64,000 nt of DNA, taken from positions 1 to 64,000 of the forward strand of contig OZ251992.1 in NCBI GenBank assembly GCA_965246885.1, in the 5' to 3' direction. Both the position numbers and the translations under genes were made by a program. A model generated the notes under the pieces. It was not told the DNA's origin. It saw only the letters and a program-made list of their open reading frames with translations, and did no database searches. Below are positions 18,448 to 28,328 of the stretch, piece by piece (the stretch's first letter is position 1; each line of letters opens with the position of its first letter). The stretch comes from Abditibacterium sp. GTDB taxonomy: Bacteria > Armatimonadota > Abditibacteriia > Abditibacteriales > Abditibacteriaceae.

Positions 18448-20718
18448 ATGTTCTCTCGCAATCTTCTCCTGATCCTCATCGGCGCGACGTCGGGGGCGGC
18501 GCCTGTTATGGCTCAACTGCGCGTTGTTCCGCCCGTCACGGTTGCTGCCGCACCCGGAGCGGCGGTGGCTGTCCCGGCGCCCCCTGCCAAACCAACGCGC
18601 TACGACCTCATCAACGCCGCCAACAGTGGCAATTTGGAAAAGGTCAAGGCCATCGTCGCGTCCAACCCCGAATTCGTGTCGGGCAACGACGGCCAAACGC
18701 CTCTTGGCGCTGCCATTGGCAACGGACAATTGGAAATCGCGCGCTTCCTCTTGGAGCACGGCGCCGATGCCAGCGCTGGCTCGTACGGCTCCTCGCCGCT
18801 TTCGCAGGCATTCGGGCGCTACAACGACGACTGGAAGCCCTTGGCTGAACTGCTCGTCGCTAAGGGAGCCGACGTCAATGCTCCCGACGATTCGGGCCAG
18901 TCGCTTCTCGTGCGCGCGCTGCAAAACGGGAGCGACCGCCAGAAAGACCGCGTGGCGTGGCTTCTTGCGCACGGCGTGGACGTCAACACCCCGACGCGCG
19001 GGGTGGCGCCACTCAATACGGCGTTCGCTTCGTCCAACATAGAAGTTGTCAAGTTGCTGCTCGACAAAGCCGACGTCAAGCACCCCGACGACGCCGGACA
19101 GACGCCGCTTTTTGGCGCCGTGCAGTCTGGCAAAATAGACATCGTGCGCGCCGTGCTGGAGCGCGGTGCTCCCGTCAATGCGCAGGACGTGGATGGCAAC
19201 AGCGCGCTCCATCTCGCGGCGCGCGGGGATGGGCGCGGAGCGCCTAACGCCGACCTGCTCAAGACCCTGCTGGACGCGGGTGCGGACGCGAATCTGGCCA
19301 ACGCGCGCGGCGACTTGCCGCTCCACATCGCGCTACGCCGCGACATCGCCCTCGACCGCACTTTCAACGCGCAAACCGGCGACTACGCGGCGCCCACCGA
19401 CGCCAACACCACTCCGCGCGGTGTGCAACTGGCGCCTCTGATAGATAAGACCGACATCAACGCCCGCGACGGCGGCGGGTTCTCGCCGCTTCTGCTGTCC
19501 ATCATCACTCGCGACTCCGAAAGCCGCGACCTCATCCGCGAGAAAGCGCCCAAGACTGACGCGACTACGGCGCTTTTTGACGCCATTGCGGGCGGCGAAT
19601 CGCAGACCGTGACGACTCTCCTCAAGGCCAAGCCGTATCTGGTCTTTTTTCGCTTGCCCGATGGCTCGACGCCGCTCCACATCGCCGCGCTGTGGGGCAC
19701 CCTTTCGACGGCGACGGAACTGGCCAAAGGTGGCGCCGATGTCAACGCCCGCGACGGGCGCGGCAACACACCGCTCCACCTCGCGCTGCAAAATCCGACG
19801 GGCCGCTTCGCGCGCCGCGCGGTCAACATGACGACGTTTCTGCTGGGCAAAGGCGCCAAGCCCAACATCGTCAGCGCGACCGGCGACGCGCCGCTCCACT
19901 TAGCGGCCCGCGCAGGAGACGCCGAACTCATCACTCTCTTGCTCGATAAAGGCGCTCTCATTAACGCGCGCGGCATGGGCGGCGAAACGGCCCTGCTCAT
20001 TTTAACCAACCACTCTACGCCCATCGGCCTCTACAAGACCGTATTAGATCGCAAAGCCGATGTCAACGCCCGCGCCAACACAGCCGCGACGCAAGGCCCA
20101 TACACGGGCACCCCATATGGAGGCGTCTACACGAGCGGCAACGGTAATGGCTCGCTCCGAGGAACACCGCTCCACCGCGCCGTCGTGACGCGGCGAGCCG
20201 ACTTGGTGACGGCGCTCCTCGAACACGGCGCCAAGGTGGACGCCCTCGATGCGGCGGGCCAAACGCCCTTTGTGACCGCCATCACCAGCAGCGCCAACTA
20301 CGGCGGGCAAGGCGAGGGCACGAGCGAGATACTGACCCTGCTCCTCGCCAAAGGCGCCAACCCCAACGTCAAATATAACAACGGCGACCTGCTTTCGTAT
20401 GCCGTCGAGCGCGGCAACACCGACCTCGTGCAAACGCTGTTGGCGACCAAAAAGATTTCGCTCAAATCGTCCGCGCGCCGCAACCCGCTTCTGGTGCAAG
20501 CGGTGGGAAGCGGGCGCACCGACATGGTGCGCGCCCTGCTCGATGCCGGGGCCGACCCGCTCGAAGCCGACCAAAATGGGCGCACGCCCCTGCAAGTCGC
20601 CTATTCGGAGGAGATGAAAAAACTCCTCACCGAACGCATCGCCGCCAAAGCAGGGACGCCCGCAACCCCTGCCACCCCAGCGACGGCTCCCGCGCCCAAG
20701 CCCGTCGCCGTCCCGTAG
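18448..20718 (+). CDS. Exported ankyrin-repeat protein
   Basis: Signal peptide; many G-x-TPLH-x-A / LL-x-x-GADVN repeats. Confidence 0.92.
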   Translation: MFSRNLLLILIGATSGAAPVMAQLRVVPPVTVAAAPGAAVAVPAPPAKPTRYDLINAANSGNLEKVKAIVASNPEFVSGNDGQTPLGAAIGNGQLEIARFLLEHGADASAGSYGSSPLSQAFGRYNDDWKPLAELLVAKGADVNAPDDSGQSLLVRALQNGSDRQKDRVAWLLAHGVDVNTPTRGVAPLNTAFASSNIEVVKLLLDKADVKHPDDAGQTPLFGAVQSGKIDIVRAVLERGAPVNAQDVDGNSALHLAARGDGRGAPNADLLKTLLDAGADANLANARGDLPLHIALRRDIALDRTFNAQTGDYAAPTDANTTPRGVQLAPLIDKTDINARDGGGFSPLLLSIITRDSESRDLIREKAPKTDATTALFDAIAGGESQTVTTLLKAKPYLVFFRLPDGSTPLHIAALWGTLSTATELAKGGADVNARDGRGNTPLHLALQNPTGRFARRAVNMTTFLLGKGAKPNIVSATGDAPLHLAARAGDAELITLLLDKGALINARGMGGETALLILTNHSTPIGLYKTVLDRKADVNARANTAATQGPYTGTPYGGVYTSGNGNGSLRGTPLHRAVVTRRADLVTALLEHGAKVDALDAAGQTPFVTAITSSANYGGQGEGTSEILTLLLAKGANPNVKYNNGDLLSYAVERGNTDLVQTLLATKKISLKSSARRNPLLVQAVGSGRTDMVRALLDAGADPLEADQNGRTPLQVAYSEEMKKLLTERIAAKAGTPATPATPATAPAPKPVAVP

Positions 20719-20765
20719 AGCCAAGGGAACCTCGCGCGCGCACAGTCGCCAAACTATTCCCCATC

Positions 20766-22196
20766 ATGTCCAACCAACCGACCACGCTGTTCCAGAAACT
20801 GTGGGATTCCCACGTCGTCCACGAAGACGAGAACCGCGCGCTACTTTATATTGACCTGCACCTCGTGCACGAAGTCACCAGTCCCCAAGCCTTTGAGGGC
20901 TTGCGCTTGACCCATCGCAAGGTGCGGCGCCCCGACCTCACGCTGGCGACGATGGATCACAACGTGCCGACCTCCGACCGCTCGCTTCCGATTGTTGACC
21001 AGATTTCGGCCAAGCAAATCCAAACTCTGCGCGACAACTGCGCGGAGTTTGGCGTGGAGCTATACGGTCTGGAAGATATACGCCAAGGCATCGTGCATGT
21101 AATTGGGCCGGAGCAAGGGATTACCCAACCGGGTATGACGATTGTGTGCGGCGACTCGCATACCTCTACGCACGGCGCCTTTGGCTCGCTCGCGTTTGGC
21201 ATTGGCACGTCCGAAGTCGAGCACGTTCTGGCGACGCAGACACTGCCCCAAGGCCGCCCGAAAACGATGGAGATTCACGTCGAAGGCGACGGCGCCCTGC
21301 CGCCCAGTGTGACGGCCAAAGACATCATTCTCGCCATCATCGGCAAGATTGGCACGGCGGGCGCGACGGGTTATGTCGTCGAGTACACTGGCGCACCCGT
21401 GCGCCACTTGAGCATGGAAGCGCGCATGACGATCTGCAATATGAGCATCGAAGCGGGCGCGCGCGCGGGCATGATTGCGCCCGACGACACCACCTTCGCA
21501 TACCTCAAAGGCCGCCCGTATGCTCCCAAGGGCGCCGAGTGGGACGAAGCCCTTGCCGTGTGGAAGACGCTTCGCACCGATGAAGGCGCCGCTTACGACG
21601 CGCGCATCGTCATTAGCGAAGCCGAGCTTGCGCCGATGGTGTCGTGGGGCACGAACCCCGGCCAGACCTCGCCCATCCACTCCGTCGTCCCCTCGCCCGA
21701 CGACTTCGCCGACGAAACCGACGCCAAAGCCTGCGCGGGCGCCCTCCAATATATGGGCCTCGAACCGGGCACGCCGCTCGAAGGTTTGGCGCTTGACCGC
21801 GTCTTTATCGGGAGTTGCACCAATGGCCGCATTGAAGACCTGCGCCTCGCCGCCCACCTCACCGAAGGCAAGACCGTTTCCCCAACGCTGCACGCGATGA
21901 TCGTTCCCGGCAGTGGTTTGGTCAAACAGCAAGCCGAAGCCGAGGGCTTGGACAAAGTCTTCAAGGCCGCCGGTTTCGACTGGCGCGAAGCGGGTTGCTC
22001 GATGTGCTTGGGCATGAACCCCGACATCCTCCGACCCGGCGAGCGCTGCGCCAGCACCAGTAACCGCAACTTCGAGGGACGCCAAGGCAAAGGAGGACGC
22101 ACCCACTTAGTCTCCGTCCCGATGGCAGTCGCGGCGGCCATCGAGGGGAAGTTGGTGGACGTGCGCCAGTGGGATCGAGAAAAGTTCTCGAAATAG
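20766..22196 (+). CDS. leuC: 3-isopropylmalate dehydratase large subunit
   Basis: [48 protein letters not shown]. Confidence 0.97.
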   Translation: MSNQPTTLFQKLWDSHVVHEDENRALLYIDLHLVHEVTSPQAFEGLRLTHRKVRRPDLTLATMDHNVPTSDRSLPIVDQISAKQIQTLRDNCAEFGVELYGLEDIRQGIVHVIGPEQGITQPGMTIVCGDSHTSTHGAFGSLAFGIGTSEVEHVLATQTLPQGRPKTMEIHVEGDGALPPSVTAKDIILAIIGKIGTAGATGYVVEYTGAPVRHLSMEARMTICNMSIEAGARAGMIAPDDTTFAYLKGRPYAPKGAEWDEALAVWKTLRTDEGAAYDARIVISEAELAPMVSWGTNPGQTSPIHSVVPSPDDFADETDAKACAGALQYMGLEPGTPLEGLALDRVFIGSCTNGRIEDLRLAAHLTEGKTVSPTLHAMIVPGSGLVKQQAEAEGLDKVFKAAGFDWREAGCSMCLGMNPDILRPGERCASTSNRNFEGRQGKGGRTHLVSVPMAVAAAIEGKLVDVRQWDREKFSK

Positions 22197-22250
22197 GCGC
22201 GCTACCAATGCGCCCGTTTGGGAGCGACGCTTGCAAAGAAGGAGTTATCT

Positions 22251-22505
22251 ATGATGTGGGCCTCGATACAACGCATGGGATGGGGAGCTTTCATCGGCTC
22301 CCTCGTGGGAACGATAGCACCGGTCGTGTGGTGGGCCGTGCAGTTGGGGTTAACCAAAGCCCATCTTCTCGCCCCCATTCCGGCAGAGACCGGCTTCGGG
22401 CCGCTCCTCCAATCTTTCACGGCTTCCGTGTATGGCACCGCCATCGGCGCCGTCGTGGGCGCGTTCTGGCCGCTCGTTACCGCCCGAACAACGAAGCGCC
22501 GATGA
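22251..22505 (+). CDS. Small hypothetical membrane protein
   Basis: AAGGAG SD before ATG 22251; two Gly-rich TM segments. Confidence 0.5.
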   Translation: MMWASIQRMGWGAFIGSLVGTIAPVVWWAVQLGLTKAHLLAPIPAETGFGPLLQSFTASVYGTAIGAVVGAFWPLVTARTTKRR

Positions 22506-22541
22506 GCATGCGCCCACCCATTAGGGCGCTTAGTATCTTTC

Positions 22542-22820
22542 ATGGATGAACCAAAGGGTGGTTGCGCCGCTTCGGGGTGCATGGGAAGCGCCACCGGTTG
22601 CGCTTGCGGTTGTTTGCTGCCTCTGGCTCTCATGGCGATTTCGTCCGCCCTAACGCCTCAGGACAATATGGGGGGTGTTCTGATAATTATGGCGGTTTTT
22701 CTGGGGGTTGGCGGCGCCATAGGCGGGGGTATCATCGGCGCTATTGGCGGATTCTTCCGCTCGTCGCGCGCTAAACAGCCAACCGAAGACGAGGACGCGC
22801 CGCCTATTGCCAAGCCGTGA
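22542..22820 (+). CDS. Small membrane protein with Cys/Gly-rich N-terminus and glycine zipper
   Basis: GGCAASGCMGSATGCACGCLL; GVGGAIGGGIIGAIGG. Confidence 0.55.
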   Translation: MDEPKGGCAASGCMGSATGCACGCLLPLALMAISSALTPQDNMGGVLIIMAVFLGVGGAIGGGIIGAIGGFFRSSRAKQPTEDEDAPPIAKP

Positions 22821-22838
22821 ACTCCTAAACTCCCTTCC

Positions 22839-23438
22839 ATGAGCGCCGCCCGCCAGTTCGAGTTCCCCATCCACACGCGCGATGAGTTTTACGAACTCGA
22901 ACGGTTCTCGAATGTGCAGCACGAGTTCCACGCAGGCGCCGTTGTGGTTCGCTTTGGAAATAGTCCCCGGCATGCGCGTATCGTTGGCGCAGTGACAGGC
23001 ATCCTTGGCGCGGCGATGGAAGAGCGCCCGTGCTTCGCCGTCGCTTGCGAGCAGATTATCCGCATCGAGCGCGCGGATTTGGACGCATATCCCGATGTCG
23101 TGGTGTATTGCGAGGAAGCGGCGTTTGACTCGCGCTTTGAGCGGACGCTGTTGGAGCCGCTCGTATTGGTCGAGGTCTTGTCGCCTTCGACGCGAGGCGT
23201 TGATTTGGGCGCCAAGCGCGCGGCTTATTTCCAGTTGCCCATGCTCACGGACTACCTCATCTTCTGGCAGGACAAGATACGCTGCGACCAGTTCACCCGC
23301 GTCGCGGGCGCCGAGGAGCCAGAATTGCGCCACCACTTGCTGCGCGATTCGCGGGTTAGTTTGGACGCGCTGGGCGTGCAGTTCCGCTTGGGCGATTGTT
23401 ATCGGCGCATGGATGACCTGCCCGAAGGCGCCGTGTAA
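22839..23438 (+). CDS. Uma2 (DUF820) family PD-(D/E)xK endonuclease-like protein
   Basis: YPDVVVYC, LVEVLSPST, K..Y...L.DYL motifs. Confidence 0.85.
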   Translation: MSAARQFEFPIHTRDEFYELERFSNVQHEFHAGAVVVRFGNSPRHARIVGAVTGILGAAMEERPCFAVACEQIIRIERADLDAYPDVVVYCEEAAFDSRFERTLLEPLVLVEVLSPSTRGVDLGAKRAAYFQLPMLTDYLIFWQDKIRCDQFTRVAGAEEPELRHHLLRDSRVSLDALGVQFRLGDCYRRMDDLPEGAV

Positions 23439-23450
23439 AACTGAGGAGCG

Positions 23451-23858
23451 ATGCAACTCGACTACCTTGTGAAGTGGAACGGCGCCGACGTGCCGCTTTC
23501 GATTGAGCCGGAAGAGGATGGCGAAGTGTCGCCCGTGCAACGCGAGGCGCTACGGCTGGCGTTAGGGTTTCCGCCGGACATCTTGGAGCGGTGCGCGCCC
23601 GCCGCGCTCCAGAACTACGAGGTCTACCGCGAGAACTGGGGCGACGAAGATTACCCGCCGCTCGCCCGGCCCAGTGACGTGTGGACTCTGGTCACGCCGC
23701 GCAACTTCACCATCCCGCCGCACTACGGTTTGGACGTGCCAACGTTTTTCCTCAACGCCGAGTGCGACTGGGATGTTGAGCACGGCTTGACGGTGCGCTT
23801 TAAGAACGGCGTCGCGGACGAGTCGAATCAAGCGGGGGAGATTGGCCTCGATGACTGA
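23451..23858 (+). CDS. Hypothetical acidic protein (DUF6985-like)
   Basis: ECDWDVEHGL motif; GAGGAG SD. Confidence 0.65.
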   Translation: MQLDYLVKWNGADVPLSIEPEEDGEVSPVQREALRLALGFPPDILERCAPAALQNYEVYRENWGDEDYPPLARPSDVWTLVTPRNFTIPPHYGLDVPTFFLNAECDWDVEHGLTVRFKNGVADESNQAGEIGLDD

Positions 23859-24198
23859 CCGCGAGCGGCTCACCGCCGCGTTTCCCGACGCGCCCGACCG
23901 GGAACTTGTGTTCAAAGCGATGTTCGGCGGCGCGTGCGCCTACGTCAACGGGCGCGTTTTCGCGTCGCTCTCGAACGTGGGGTTGGCGCTCAAAGCGGAC
24001 AGCGCGACGAGTGAGCATTGGCGCGCGGCGGGCGCGACGCCGTTGCAGTACGAAGCGGATGGGCCGGTCTCCAAGTCGTATATGCGCGTGCCGGACGCGG
24101 TGCTGGCGGACGAAGTGAAATTCGCGCGTTGGGTGGCGGTGAGCGCGGAGTATGCTCTGTCGCTACCCGCGCCGAAGAAGCGCAAAAGTTCGGGATAG
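23851..24198 (+). CDS. TfoX/Sxy N-terminal domain protein
   Basis: KAMFGG..Y.NGRVFA, LALK, SY..VP, Lys-rich tail. Confidence 0.85.
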   Translation: MTDRERLTAAFPDAPDRELVFKAMFGGACAYVNGRVFASLSNVGLALKADSATSEHWRAAGATPLQYEADGPVSKSYMRVPDAVLADEVKFARWVAVSAEYALSLPAPKKRKSSG

Positions 24199-24227
24199 GA
24201 ACAGACTTTGCCGTGTGTGGCGCCACT

Positions 24228-24584
24228 ATGCTTCGCATCATTCCCCGCCCTTTGCACGCCGCGACCGATTATCTGTTTTCCGGCTTGCTGGCCGCTTCGC
24301 CCTCCCTCGTTGGCTTTGAAGAGGACGAGCAGGCCGTGCTCGCCGCGCGCGCCATCGCCGCCTCAACGACCACCATGTCGGCGCTCACGCGCTATGAACT
24401 GGGACTCGTCCGCGTCATTCCGTTCAACGTGCATCTGATTCTGGATGTCGTATCGGTCTTCCCGCTTTTGTTGGCGCCTTGGGTGCTGGGCTTTTCGGAA
24501 AACAAGCACGCGCGCAACACCTTTGTGGCGTTTGGCATCTTCGAGATCATCGCCATCCTCTTGTCCAAGCGCGACGGGGAGTAA
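24228..24584 (+). CDS. Small membrane protein (SPW-repeat-like)
   Basis: LHAATDY, LTRYELGLVRVIPFNVHLILD, APWVLGF. Confidence 0.7.
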   Translation: MLRIIPRPLHAATDYLFSGLLAASPSLVGFEEDEQAVLAARAIAASTTTMSALTRYELGLVRVIPFNVHLILDVVSVFPLLLAPWVLGFSENKHARNTFVAFGIFEIIAILLSKRDGE

Positions 24585-24586
24585 GG

Positions 24587-25381
24587 TCAGTCCGTTCGTA
24601 GCGCGCGCGAGACCGCGAGGAGAACGGCGTCGCGCGACGCGCTTTCCGCCGCGTCGGAGTCGTGCGCGATCCACCAGCGCACGCCCGCGACCGGGCCAGT
24701 GTCGCGGATTTCGGCGAGAAAGACATCCGGCGGCGGCGCGGCTTCGATGCCCGATAAGTCAGCGAGCGACGTCATCAGGCGCGGCTTGACGCTCGACCAA
24801 TCAGCGGCCCCGCTCAATGGAACAGTTACCTCCATCCGTCGGCGCCCGAAGGCGCTCACGACTTCAATTGGCTCGGAAAACACGACGGTGTTGGGCACCA
24901 CGACGCGGCGCCCATCGCGCGTGCGGATGGTCGTGGCGCGCGTTTGCACGTCCTCGACCTGCCCCTCGAAGGTGCGCACAATGATGCGGTCGCCGATGCG
25001 AAACGGCTCGCTCGCCAATATAACCAAGCCACACAGCCAGTTGCCCAGAACCTCGCGCAGCGCGAACCCCGCCGCCACGCCGCCAAAGCCCAGCACCGAT
25101 ACCAGCGTCGCGGGTGTGAATGACGGGAAGGCAATTGTCGCCGCCACGAGCGCCCCGCCCACCCACAGCGCGCCGCTTCCCAGCCGCGACACCAGCGCCG
25201 AAAAGTTCGCGCCCCGCCCCGCCCGCTCCGCGCCCCGATGCAACACCCCCCGCATCCGCCGCGCCGCGAACGTGAATACGCCCAGCACCAGAAGCGATAC
25301 CACGAAGTAAGGAATCCGCGCAATGGCATCGAGCGCCATCAGGTGGAGCGTGCGGAGAGCGGGCGAAAAGTCAGGAATCAT
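24587..25381 (-). CDS. Small-conductance mechanosensitive channel (MscS family)
   Basis: GFALREVLGNWLCG, PFRIGDRI, GQVEDV, DGRRVVVPN. Confidence 0.88.
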   Translation of the reverse strand: MIPDFSPALRTLHLMALDAIARIPYFVVSLLVLGVFTFAARRMRGVLHRGAERAGRGANFSALVSRLGSGALWVGGALVAATIAFPSFTPATLVSVLGFGGVAAGFALREVLGNWLCGLVILASEPFRIGDRIIVRTFEGQVEDVQTRATTIRTRDGRRVVVPNTVVFSEPIEVVSAFGRRRMEVTVPLSGAADWSSVKPRLMTSLADLSGIEAAPPPDVFLAEIRDTGPVAGVRWWIAHDSDAAESASRDAVLLAVSRALRTD

Positions 25382-25398
25382 CGGCGGGAGTTTGAAGC

Positions 25399-25506
25399 GA
25401 GCGAATGATTCGCAGCCAGCAAAAACGTCAACCTTCGTTGACGAGGTGGCAAGCGAGTAGTGTCGGCGAAGGCCAACAGTTCTGCTGGCTGCGACTTCAG
25501 TCGCTC
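25399..25506. repeat. REPIN-like inverted pair of composite two-hairpin units (copy 3)
   Basis: Minus unit CGTCAAC-GAAG-GTTGACG..TGCTGGCTGCGAATCATTCGC; plus unit TGTCGGC-GAAG-GCCAACA..TGCTGGCTGCGACTTCAGTCGC. Confidence 0.7.
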
Positions 25507-25670
25507 CAAATGTCAAGGGCGGCGCCCCCGCACCCGCGCTCATCGGGTACAATGAAAGGGCGCGATATTTCCGTTGTTTGCCGCACGGTCAGTTTTCCGG
25601 CTCCATTTTCCGTTGGTTTGCACTTGTTTGCCCACCCATTTCGGATCGAGGGGTGGGCGCGCACTTGTTT

Positions 25671-27389
25671 ATGAACCAATTTGAAACCCAGACGGCGCCC
25701 GACGCCGCCACTTCTTTTGTCACGCCCGCCGCCGAAATGTCGGCCCCGGCCAAACCCAAATCGGCCCGTGCCGCCGCGAAAATCGCCAAAGCCAGCCCGC
25801 GCAAATCCGCCGCGCCGACGACACCCGCCGTTCCCTCGACCGACGCCGATGTCGCCGAAATGATTGGCGCTCCCGCCAAAACGCGCAAGCCCAAGGTGCC
25901 CGTCGCGGATAAACCCGCCGCAAAACCTGCTGAGGCACCCGTCGCCGCCAAGCCCAAGTCGCCCAAGGCCGCCGCCCGCGCTGCCGTTGCCGCGCAAATG
26001 CCCGAAAAGCTCGCTGAAGTCGCGCCCCTTGTCGAAGTCGAAGCGCCCGAAACCATCGAGGAAATCGAAGCGCCTGCCCCCGTCATCGAAGTTCAAGCCG
26101 AGGCCGAAACTGTCGGCACCACGCCCGTCATGGCCTTGGCCGAAGGCGAGGACGCTTCTTCGTTCCACCAACTGCCGCTTTCGCCGCCCATGCTCGCCGT
26201 GTTGGACGAGAAGGGTTTTACCACGCCCACGCCCATCCAAGCGCGCGCCATCCCCATCGTGGCAACGGGCGCCGACCTGCTCGGCATCGCCCAAACCGGC
26301 ACCGGCAAGACCCTCGCGTTCGGTCTCCCGATCATGGAGCGCATCTTTTCGGGCCAGTCGAAAGGCCGCGCCCTCATGCTGCTCCCGACGCGCGAACTGG
26401 CACTACAAGTCGAGGAGGCGCTCTCGAACATCGGACGCCAATTCCGCCTGCGCACCGCCGTGCTGATCGGCGGCGCGCCCGTGCGCCCGCAACTCACGCA
26501 ACTGCGCAACAACCCCGACATCATCGTCGCCACACCGGGACGACTCAACGACTACCTCACCAACGGCGACGTGGATTTGCGCGCCGTTGACACCGTCGTC
26601 CTCGACGAGGCCGACCGCATGTTGGACATGGGCTTCGCGCCGCAGATTCGCCGCATCTTGGATCAAGTCCCCGAAGACCGCCAAACGCTGCTGTTTTCGG
26701 CGACCATGCCCGACGAGATCGTCGGCTTGACCAAGCAGTACATGCGCGACCCGCAACGCATCGAAATCGAGCGCCCCGGAACCGGCGCGCAGAACATCGA
26801 GCAGCGTTTGTATGTCGTCGAGCAGGACGACAAAACCGCGCTTCTCGAACGCTTATTGGGCGAAGTCGAGGGCAGCGTGCTCGTGTTTGCGCGCACCCGC
26901 TCCCGCGCCAACAAGGTCGCGCGCTTCGTGTCCAACATCGGCATCCGCGCGGCGGAGATTCACTCCGACCGCTCGCTCGTGCAGCGCCGCCAAGCGCTCG
27001 ACGGCTTCAAAGCGGGGCACTACCGCGTCCTCGTCGCCACCGACATCGCGGCGCGCGGCATTGACGTGACGGGCATCGAGATGGTCGTGCAGTTCGACTT
27101 GCCCGACTCGCCCGATGATTACGTGCACCGCATCGGACGCACCGCCCGCGCCGGACGCAGTGGCATCGCCACCTCGTTCGCCGCGCCCGAACAGTGGCGC
27201 GACGTGCGCGACATCGAGAAGCTCACCGGCCAACCGATGCCCTTCGCTCCCGACAACCAAGGCCGCTTCCCGATGGCCGCAACCCACGCTGCCCGCGCGG
27301 GTGGCAACCGCAACGGCGCGGGCAATGGCAATCGTGGGCGCAGCTTCGGCGGCAATCGCGGCGGCGGTCGCCCCAACCGGGGCCGATAG
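25671..27389 (+). CDS. DEAD-box RNA helicase (RhlE-like) with long Ala/Pro/Lys-rich N-terminal extension
   Basis: PTPIQ, AQTGTGKT, PTRELA, TPGR, DEAD, SAT, ARGID, HRIGRTAR; RGG tail. Confidence 0.95.
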   Translation: MNQFETQTAPDAATSFVTPAAEMSAPAKPKSARAAAKIAKASPRKSAAPTTPAVPSTDADVAEMIGAPAKTRKPKVPVADKPAAKPAEAPVAAKPKSPKAAARAAVAAQMPEKLAEVAPLVEVEAPETIEEIEAPAPVIEVQAEAETVGTTPVMALAEGEDASSFHQLPLSPPMLAVLDEKGFTTPTPIQARAIPIVATGADLLGIAQTGTGKTLAFGLPIMERIFSGQSKGRALMLLPTRELALQVEEALSNIGRQFRLRTAVLIGGAPVRPQLTQLRNNPDIIVATPGRLNDYLTNGDVDLRAVDTVVLDEADRMLDMGFAPQIRRILDQVPEDRQTLLFSATMPDEIVGLTKQYMRDPQRIEIERPGTGAQNIEQRLYVVEQDDKTALLERLLGEVEGSVLVFARTRSRANKVARFVSNIGIRAAEIHSDRSLVQRRQALDGFKAGHYRVLVATDIAARGIDVTGIEMVVQFDLPDSPDDYVHRIGRTARAGRSGIATSFAAPEQWRDVRDIEKLTGQPMPFAPDNQGRFPMAATHAARAGGNRNGAGNGNRGRSFGGNRGGGRPNRGR

Positions 27390-27405
27390 ACGCCCGCACA
27401 CATGA

Positions 27406-27475
27406 AAAGCGGGGCTACCCCCCACTTCCAATCGAGCTTCATCACCCGATTGGAAGTGGGCGGCAGCCCCGCTTT
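27406..27475. repeat. 29-bp inverted repeat related to the 17394 element; may also act as a terminator
   Basis: Arms 27406-27434 and 27447-27475 with 2 mismatches; followed by a T-rich tract. Confidence 0.8.
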
Positions 27476-27506
27476 CTGTTTTGGCATGATGTAAAACTAC
27501 GAAGCT

Positions 27507-27968
27507 ATGGCAGGAACGCGCCCATACACCAGAGTCATTATAGTTCTCGGTTCTGTCTTCCTCGTGGGGATCGGGGTTGTGGGATGTGTCTCCACGCGCA
27601 CGCCCAACCTCTACTTGATGCGAGATGGATACGTCGGCTGGGTCATCATTAAATATGACCGTCCGCACGCCGCGCCCTTGAAAGTCGTGGGCGGCTACCG
27701 AATCCTGAACGCCGCCACCGGAGTCATCGAAACCTGCAACAGCTTGCAAGGTGGCAGGGCCAAGGACATGTATTGCTACCAGCGCGGCAAGCGCCGGGTG
27801 GAGTTGCGGTGGGAGCCGGACGCGCCCAATCAAATGATATGGCAGCCGACGACAGGGTTTAAGGAGTGGCCCAAACCCGATGGCAGTGGAACACAAAGAG
27901 GAACTATGGTCGAGAGTTTTTACGTCGGCACCCGCGCGCAGTTCTACAAAGCCGCTGGATGGGAGTAG
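27507..27968 (+). CDS. Exported/lipoprotein-like hypothetical protein (DUF6843-like)
   Basis: Hydrophobic N-terminus ending VVGC; YLMRDGYVGWVIIKY motif; C-terminal FYVGT. Confidence 0.65.
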   Translation: MAGTRPYTRVIIVLGSVFLVGIGVVGCVSTRTPNLYLMRDGYVGWVIIKYDRPHAAPLKVVGGYRILNAATGVIETCNSLQGGRAKDMYCYQRGKRRVELRWEPDAPNQMIWQPTTGFKEWPKPDGSGTQRGTMVESFYVGTRAQFYKAAGWE

Positions 27969-27977
27969 TCAATCTCT

Positions 27978-28238
27978 ATGGGCGACCTTTCCTCTTCCCG
28001 CCTGATTATCTTCAAGGGTTTCTTGTTTCTGCTTGCGGGCGTCGTCGCGGCGGGGGTGCTGTTGGGTGAGAACTTCTCGCTTCGCACGGCGTTCCTGCTG
28101 GGCGTGGCGATTTGGAGTTTCTGCCGCTTTTATTATTTCGCGTTCTACGTGCTGGAGCGCTACGTTGACCCCGCGTTTCGCTTTTCGAGTTTGTGGGCGT
28201 TCGCGGTTTACTTTTGGCGGCGGTGGCGCGGCAAATAG
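27978..28238 (+). CDS. Small conserved-looking membrane protein
   Basis: KGFLFL, IWSFCRFYYFAFYVLERYVDP.FRFS. Confidence 0.7.
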   Translation: MGDLSSSRLIIFKGFLFLLAGVVAAGVLLGENFSLRTAFLLGVAIWSFCRFYYFAFYVLERYVDPAFRFSSLWAFAVYFWRRWRGK

Positions 28239-28328
28239 GGCATCCAATTCTCACCCCGCCGCCCTCAACCCTACCAGCCCTTTAGCTGCATGGGGACTTC
28301 CTCAAGAGACAATTTTGGCGAGCGCCCG

